Shown one piece after another: positions 1-4,536 of a stretch of 4,536 bases of DNA. The position numbers were made by a program, and so were the translations under genes. Source of the stretch: a virus (Duplodnaviria; Heunggongvirae; Uroviricota; Caudoviricetes). The DNA lies in IMG/VR virus record IMGVR_UViG_2802429244_000007, one strand, 5' to 3'. The first letter of the stretch is position 1; each line of letters begins with the position of its first letter. A model generated the notes under the pieces. The model was given only the letters and a program-made list of their open reading frames with translations, did not search any database and had not been told where the DNA came from.

Positions 1-24
1 AATAACAGCACATAATTTACGCAT
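1..24 (-). CDS. Start of a downstream ORF with a signal-peptide-like N-terminus (MRKLCAVI...), possibly a Lom/Ail-family outer-membrane protein; only 8 codons fall in the window
   Basis: ATG at minus 24-22, preceded by GAGAGG (plus 30-35, read on the minus strand) with a 5-nt spacer. The frame is open to the window edge and reads M-R-K-L-C-A-V-I. In lambda, lom follows J after a ~60-nt gap and its product begins MRKL... as I recall. Eight codons are not enough for a firm call. Confidence 0.3.
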
Positions 25-45
25 AATTACCTCTCGCTTTTCTGC

Positions 46-72
46 AATAAAAAAGGCGCCATTTCTGGCGCC
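46..72 (-). terminator. Probable rho-independent terminator downstream of J
   Basis: Minus-strand RNA would read GGCGCCA-GAAA-UGGCGCC followed by UUUUUUAUU. The stem is plus 55-61 paired with 66-72 (7 bp, six of them G:C), loop 62-65, and the T-tract corresponds to plus 46-54. It begins 20 nt after the J stop codon. Confidence 0.55.
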
Positions 73-91
73 CGTATCTGGGTTATAAAAT

Positions 92-3000
92 TCAACTGAT
101 ACTGATACCAGCTGTAGATTTCTTCATCACAACAACAAGAAGGTCGCTGATACTGGTCGTTGGCGTCCAGTTATTAGCACCATATGAAGAAACATTGAAA
201 GTCAGGGTGACATGGCCGTGTCCGGCAGGCATATCAATGACGGATGAAAATACCCTGCTGACATCCGTCGCGGGTTGCTGAAAGATTTCCTGTCCGTTCT
301 TCAACACCTGCAGCTTACAGGTTGAATACCAGTATGACTGTTGGTTGTTGCTGTTGAAGTTTTCATGCTTACCACCGCGAAACAGAACGGGTGGGATTAC
401 TATCTGACGGTCAAAAGCCTGGTCATCGTACACAGTGACCGTTATTGTACCGCTGGCATAACTGCCATTTCTCGGAAAGGCTTTTCCCACCGTTTTGACA
501 ATATCACCTTCAATCTGGTTGGCAGACAGTTTTCCCAGAATCCGACAGTTCTGGTTAATCGTGACATTGTTGAGCGTCCCGGAGTTCGCATTCACGTTAC
601 CGCTGATATCGGCATTTTTCGCCGTCAGCCGCCCGTCCGGTGTCAGGGAAAATACCGGAGGATTACCGCCGCTGGTAATGGTTGGCGCCGTCAGATACTT
701 CAGGAACACTTCGTTCATGAATATCTGGTTGCCCTGCGCCACAAACATCGGCGTTTCATTCCCGTTTGCCGGGTCAATAAACGCGATACGGTTAGCGGCA
801 ACCAGGAACTGGCTCAGTTTACCTTCCTCCGTATCCTCCATGCTGAGGCCAAGCCCCGCGACATAATGCCTGCCGTCTTCGGTCTGCTCAATTTTGACGC
901 CCCACATGGCATTCCATTTATCGTTGGCATCTTTCCACTCTTTCGAAAACTCCTCCAGTTTGCTGGCGTTATCCTCCGTCAGCTCGACTTTTTCCAGCAG
1001 CTCCTTGCCGAGATGGGATTCGGTTATCTGGCCTTTGAAAAAATCCAGATAGCCGGAAGCATCATCGCTCGCCTGACCGACAGCCTCCACGAATGCCGAT
1101 TTGCCAACAGTATTCACACTGCGGATATAAAAATAATAATCATGGCCCGGCTTAATATTGATACTGGCAGCTATCCAGTACAGCGCCGTGCCAAGATAGC
1201 GGGCTGTGGTTTCAACCTGCCTGATATCCGCAATCCGCTTTTCCGAGAACCAGAATTCAAACTGTACCGTCGGGTCATAAACGGCAAGATGCGGCGTTGC
1301 GGTTATCTGAAAATAGCCCGGCGTCAGATCAATCCTCGACGGTGCTGCCGGTGCGGCAATCCGGAACGATACCGATGCCGGATCGCCCTGCTGCCCCCAC
1401 GCATTTACCGCCCGGACTGTCAGCCTGTAGTTCCCCAACGCCAGTTGCGTGAATCGGTATGTGGTTTCCGTCGTCCTGGCCGTGCTGACCAGCCGCTCAC
1501 TGCCGTCATCCGCTGCCACGGTCAGGCGAAGCATAAAGCTCCCCCCCTTCACCACCTTCGGCGTATCCCAGCGCGCCAGCACCTGATATTCCCCGCTGTC
1601 TGCGGTGACTTCTGCGGTCAGGTGCTGCACTGCTGGCGGCGTGACACCATTCACCGTGCCGCTCTGGTCGCCGTCAAAGTGCGCCCCGTTATCCACGATG
1701 GCCTCTTTCTCCGGCACATGCTGCACAGCGGTGATGGCATACGTGCCGCCATCGTTCTCACGGATACTCACACAACGGAACAGGCGCTGGCGCAGCGTCG
1801 GCAGCTTCAGCCCCCACACGCTGTATTCGGCTATCCCGTCAGGCACCCGGCTCACTTTCACCTTCACGCCGTCGGTGACGGACTGGACCTCCACGCTGAC
1901 CGGATTACCCTGACCGTCAACCAGGCTTATCAGCGTGGTGCCGGAGGATGGCAGCGTGATTTCACGGTCGAGCGTCAGTGTCCGGGTCTGGCTGTTCACC
2001 GCCAGCACGCGCCCGCCGATGCTGATCCCCGCATAGTCATCATCACAGATTTCAATGACATCACCCGGTACATGGCGAAGCCCTTCGGCCCCCACGCTGA
2101 AGTCCACGGTCTGCGTTTCCAGCAGCTCCGTTTTAATCAGCCACAGCCCGGCGCGGTGTGCCTGCCCCCGACTGGTACAGCCAAAGGCATCCATCTTCGT
2201 GACGTTACGACCGTAACGGGCAATGGCCTGCGTGTCCTCCACAAGCTCTGTCGCCGTCTCCCAGCCGTTATCCGGGTCAATCCAGTTCACCTCAACGGCA
2301 TTATGGCGGTCCTTCAGGGCGCTGAAGCTGTAGCGGAACGGCGCGCCATCATCCGGCATCACCACATTACTGCGGTTATAGGTCCACACCTTATCCGACG
2401 GTCGGTCCTGCACGAACGTCAGCGTCTGCCCGTTCCATACCGGCATACAGCGCATCGACGAGCAGAAATCACTGAGAACATCCCACGCCTTACGCTGTGT
2501 GGTCAGGTAGGCATTACAGGTGATGCGCGGCTCCGTGCCACCAAAACCGTCCGGCACCGACTGGTCGCAATACTGGCCGATGACATACAGCGCCCATTTG
2601 TCCACATCCGCCACACCAAGACGTTTCCCCATGCCGTAGCGCGGATGGGTCAGCATATCCCACAGACACCATGCCATGTTGTTGCTGTATGCCGGTTTAA
2701 ACGTCCCGTCCCAGATACCGCTGTATTGCCGCGTCTGCGGGTTATAGTTCGACGGCACCTGCAGAATGCGCCCGCGAAGATGATAATTACGGCTCACCTG
2801 CTGACTGCCGAACTGTTCCGAGTCCACCTGCACGCCGACCAGTGCCGTGTTCGGGTAGCACTGTTTCACATCGATGATTTCGGTGTATGACGACCAGAGC
2901 GTTTTGTTCTGCAGCTGGTCTGTGGTGCTGTCCGGCGTCATCCTGCGCATCCGGATACTGAACGGGCGCGGCGGCAGGTTATCCACCACCACCGAGGCCA

Positions 3001-3490
3001 GATACTGTGAAGTGGTTTTACCCTTAATGGTGATGTCTTTTTCCGTCACCCAGCCACCGTTACGTTGTATCTGAACCAGCAGGCGGACTTCCGATGGATT
3101 CCTGTCCCCCTTTGAGGTGGTTTCCACCAGTGCCTGCACGCCGAAAGTAAAACGCAGACGGTCAATGTTTGCCGACGTGATGGTCCGGGTGATCGGCGTG
3201 TCATATTTCACTTCCGTACCCAGCACCGTCTCGGAGCCGGAGGATTCAAATCCCTCCGGCGGTGTCTGCTCCTGCTCACCTGCCCGGAACACCACCGTGA
3301 CGCCGGAGATATTGGTATTCCCCTCACTGTCCAGCACCGGCGTACTGTTCAGCAGCACGCTTTTTAATCCATCCCCCGGACCTTCAATCGGCCCTTCGCT
3401 GATGGCATCGATCACACTCAGCAACTGCGTGGATTTCAGGTTGTCCTTCGCTTCGCGCGGGGTATGCCCCTTACTGCTGCCTTTACCCAT
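92..3490 (-). CDS. J: Host specificity protein J / central tail fibre (tail tip, receptor-binding), lambda gpJ-like
   Basis: 1132-aa ORF, the same length as lambda gpJ. ATG at 3488-3490 (minus), preceded by GGAG at 3499-3502 with an 8-nt spacer; TGA stop at 92-94. The N-terminus [38 protein letters not shown]... and most of the protein match my recollection of lambda J. Residues ~615-805 show two fibronectin-III-like repeats. The last ~150 aa appear divergent (see findings). Confidence 0.95.
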   Translation of the reverse strand: MGKGSSKGHTPREAKDNLKSTQLLSVIDAISEGPIEGPGDGLKSVLLNSTPVLDSEGNTNISGVTVVFRAGEQEQTPPEGFESSGSETVLGTEVKYDTPITRTITSANIDRLRFTFGVQALVETTSKGDRNPSEVRLLVQIQRNGGWVTEKDITIKGKTTSQYLASVVVDNLPPRPFSIRMRRMTPDSTTDQLQNKTLWSSYTEIIDVKQCYPNTALVGVQVDSEQFGSQQVSRNYHLRGRILQVPSNYNPQTRQYSGIWDGTFKPAYSNNMAWCLWDMLTHPRYGMGKRLGVADVDKWALYVIGQYCDQSVPDGFGGTEPRITCNAYLTTQRKAWDVLSDFCSSMRCMPVWNGQTLTFVQDRPSDKVWTYNRSNVVMPDDGAPFRYSFSALKDRHNAVEVNWIDPDNGWETATELVEDTQAIARYGRNVTKMDAFGCTSRGQAHRAGLWLIKTELLETQTVDFSVGAEGLRHVPGDVIEICDDDYAGISIGGRVLAVNSQTRTLTLDREITLPSSGTTLISLVDGQGNPVSVEVQSVTDGVKVKVSRVPDGIAEYSVWGLKLPTLRQRLFRCVSIRENDGGTYAITAVQHVPEKEAIVDNGAHFDGDQSGTVNGVTPPAVQHLTAEVTADSGEYQVLARWDTPKVVKGGSFMLRLTVAADDGSERLVSTARTTETTYRFTQLALGNYRLTVRAVNAWGQQGDPASVSFRIAAPAAPSRIDLTPGYFQITATPHLAVYDPTVQFEFWFSEKRIADIRQVETTARYLGTALYWIAASINIKPGHDYYFYIRSVNTVGKSAFVEAVGQASDDASGYLDFFKGQITESHLGKELLEKVELTEDNASKLEEFSKEWKDANDKWNAMWGVKIEQTEDGRHYVAGLGLSMEDTEEGKLSQFLVAANRIAFIDPANGNETPMFVAQGNQIFMNEVFLKYLTAPTITSGGNPPVFSLTPDGRLTAKNADISGNVNANSGTLNNVTINQNCRILGKLSANQIEGDIVKTVGKAFPRNGSYASGTITVTVYDDQAFDRQIVIPPVLFRGGKHENFNSNNQQSYWYSTCKLQVLKNGQEIFQQPATDVSRVFSSVIDMPAGHGHVTLTFNVSSYGANNWTPTTSISDLLVVVMKKSTAGISIS

Positions 3491-3498
3491 TCGTCATG

Positions 3499-3502
3499 CT
3501 CC
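3499..3502 (-). promoter_or_regulatory. Shine-Dalgarno (GGAG) for J
   Basis: Plus-strand CTCC at 3499-3502 reads GGAG on the minus strand, 8 nt upstream of the J ATG at 3490. Confidence 0.5.
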
Positions 3503-3512
3503 ATAAACGACA

Positions 3513-3532
3513 AAACCGCCCGGAGGCGGTTT
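3513..3532 (-). promoter_or_regulatory. GC-rich stem-loop in the I-J intergenic spacer (8-bp stem, 4-nt loop)
   Basis: Plus strand 3513-3520 (aaaccgcc) is the reverse complement of 3525-3532 (ggcggttt), with loop cgga. It lies in the 60-nt spacer between the I stop (3551) and J start (3490). On the minus-strand RNA it is followed by UUUUGUCGUUUAU, a weak and interrupted U-tract, so it could be a partial attenuator or an mRNA stability/processing element. Confidence 0.3.
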
Positions 3533-3550
3533 CACATAAAATATTTTGCA

Positions 3551-4198
3551 TCATCGACCAATCACCACAACCTGACCACCATCCCCTTCGTCTGCCGTGC
3601 TGATCTCCTGAGATACCACGCGTGACCCCACGCGCATTTCACCGTACAGAACGGGCAGAACATTCCCCTGGGCAACCATGTTATCCAGTGAGGAGAAATA
3701 CGTGTTCTGTTTGCCGTTATCCGTTGTCTGTGTGCGGGGAGTTCTGGCTTTCGGTGCCAGCATCTGCGCCACACCGCCCAGGATCATACTGGCCCCTGCC
3801 GCATACATACCCGATACAGCCGCGGCACCCAGCCAGCCCACAGGGTTCCACCATGCCACCGCAATCAGCGCAGCCCCCAGCACTGCCTGAAAAACACCGC
3901 CACTTTTGGCACCCGCCAGACGCGGTACGATGTGGATCACGGCACCATTTGCCAGCGGCTCATTAAGACGGGCAGATAATTCGTTTTCGCCTGCATCACG
4001 CCCGGCAATGCGCACCTGATACCAGCCCTCATTCAGTTTCTGACGAAACGCCGGGAGCTGCGTGGCCAGCGCCCGGATAGCTTCGGCTCCCGTTTTCACA
4101 CGAAGGTCGATGCGGTGGCCAAATCGTTGCAAATCCCCGTAAAGGCAGATGCGTGCCATGCCCGGTGACGCCAGAGGGAGTGTGTGCGTCGCTGCCAT
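3551..4198 (-). CDS. I: Phage tail assembly protein I (lambda gpI-like)
   Basis: 215-aa ORF with ATG at 4196-4198 (minus) and TGA stop at 3551-3553. N-terminus (MAATHTLPLASPGMARICLYGDLQRFG...) and C-terminus (...KARTPRTQTTDNGKQNTYFSSLDNMVAQGNVLPVLYGEMRVGSRVVSQEISTADEGDGGQVVVIGR) match lambda gpI as I recall it. The Gly/Ala-rich hydrophobic middle segment seems shorter and divergent. A possible SD (GAGAGG, minus strand, at 4210-4215) sits 11 nt upstream of the ATG. It lies between K and J as in lambda. Confidence 0.9.
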   Translation of the reverse strand: MAATHTLPLASPGMARICLYGDLQRFGHRIDLRVKTGAEAIRALATQLPAFRQKLNEGWYQVRIAGRDAGENELSARLNEPLANGAVIHIVPRLAGAKSGGVFQAVLGAALIAVAWWNPVGWLGAAAVSGMYAAGASMILGGVAQMLAPKARTPRTQTTDNGKQNTYFSSLDNMVAQGNVLPVLYGEMRVGSRVVSQEISTADEGDGGQVVVIGR

Positions 4199-4536
4199 TT
4201 GTCGGTATACCTCTCTCGTTTGCTCAGTTGTTCAGGAATATGGTGCAGCAGCTCGCCGTCGCCGCAGTAAATGGCGGCATGATTCGGCACCGATGAACCA
4301 AAGCAGCACAGCAGCACATCGCCCGGCTGCGCCTCTGTCAGTGCGGCACGGTAAAAACCAGTCGCCTCCATATTGTCAAGATAGAGATTCTGGCCGTTAC
4401 GCCACCAGTCATCCCCGCGATGAAAATCCGGCATCTCAATTCCCGCCAGATGGTAAGCGTCCCGGAACAGCGTGTAACAGTCCGTCACCCCGTGCTCAAA
4501 GCGCCGCCCGGTGAGATGCGGCACACAGCGGAACTT
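4096..4536 (-). CDS. K: Phage tail assembly protein K (NlpC/P60-type Cys/His peptidase fold), partial: N-terminus lies beyond the window edge
   Basis: Open frame on the minus strand runs from the window edge (4536, codon-aligned, reading KFRCVPHLTGRR...) to a TGA stop at 4096-4098. The ORF-track 'M' at 4524 is actually a GTG codon inside the frame, so the true start is upstream of the window. The translation has a Cys (DCYTLF) and downstream His residues (NHAAIYCGDGELLHH) consistent with an NlpC/P60-like catalytic set. Its 3' end overlaps the start of the next gene by ~103 nt, as K does with I in lambda. Assignment rests on recalled similarity to lambda gpK and on synteny. Confidence 0.85.
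   Translation of the reverse strand, partial: KFRCVPHLTGRRFEHGVTDCYTLFRDAYHLAGIEMPDFHRGDDWWRNGQNLYLDNMEATGFYRAALTEAQPGDVLLCCFGSSVPNHAAIYCGDGELLHHIPEQLSKRERYTDKWQRRTHSLWRHRAWHASAFTGICNDLATASTFV

Noticed and set aside
495-866. 123-aa plus-strand ORF
   Set aside because: Antisense to J with no independent signals; spurious.
1605-1913. 102-aa plus-strand ORF
   Set aside because: Antisense to J; Cys/Ser/Thr-rich composition artefact.
341-2890. 849-aa ORF on the plus strand
   Set aside because: It lies entirely inside J on the opposite strand and in the same codon register (codon starts are congruent to 2 mod 3 for both). In that mirror frame, antisense stops arise only from sense TTA, CTA or TCA codons, which a GC-rich gene rarely uses, so long antisense ORFs are expected. 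Its translation is low-complexity and Arg/His/Pro/Cys-rich, and it has no SD.
2874-3074. 66-aa plus-strand ORF
   Set aside because: Antisense to J; short, no RBS.
3117-3506. 129-aa plus-strand ORF overlapping the J start
   Set aside because: Antisense to the conserved J N-terminus; no support.
3562-3966. Three small ORFs (70 aa minus strand, 114 aa and 70 aa plus strand) overlapping I
   Set aside because: Alternate-frame or antisense ORFs inside the I coding sequence, with biased composition typical of GC-rich overlap artefacts.
4149-4514. 121-aa plus-strand ORF
   Set aside because: Antisense to K; Arg/Ala/Pro-rich artefact.
4096-4524. ORF-track start of K at 4524
   Set aside because: The codon at 4522-4524 is GTG on the minus strand and the frame stays open to the window edge. 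By synteny with lambda the true start is upstream of the window, so this is treated as a partial CDS, not a 142-aa protein.
1-4536. Possibility of a CRISPR array, tRNA or integrase/att site
   Set aside because: No short direct repeats with regular spacing, no cloverleaf-like structure and no recombinase-like ORF are visible; the window is almost fully occupied by K, I and J.

Overview
The window is a contiguous block of lambda-like (lambdoid siphovirus) tail-tip genes, all encoded on the minus strand: the 3' ~146 codons of tail assembly protein K (cut by the window edge), tail assembly protein I (215 aa), and the full 1132-aa host-specificity / central tail fibre protein J. Downstream of J there is a probable intrinsic terminator and the first 8 codons of a signal-peptide-like ORF (MRKLCAVI) that resembles the start of lom. 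Gene order, the ~103-nt K/I overlap and the 60-nt I-J spacer match the lambda layout as I recall it. I see no CRISPR array, RNA gene, or recognisable defence or toxin system; this is an ordinary phage or prophage structural region. The most interesting biology is the C-terminal ~150 residues of J (the receptor-binding region), which appear to differ from lambda J, suggesting a different host receptor. All plus-strand ORFs in the track are antisense artefacts, including the 849-aa one.
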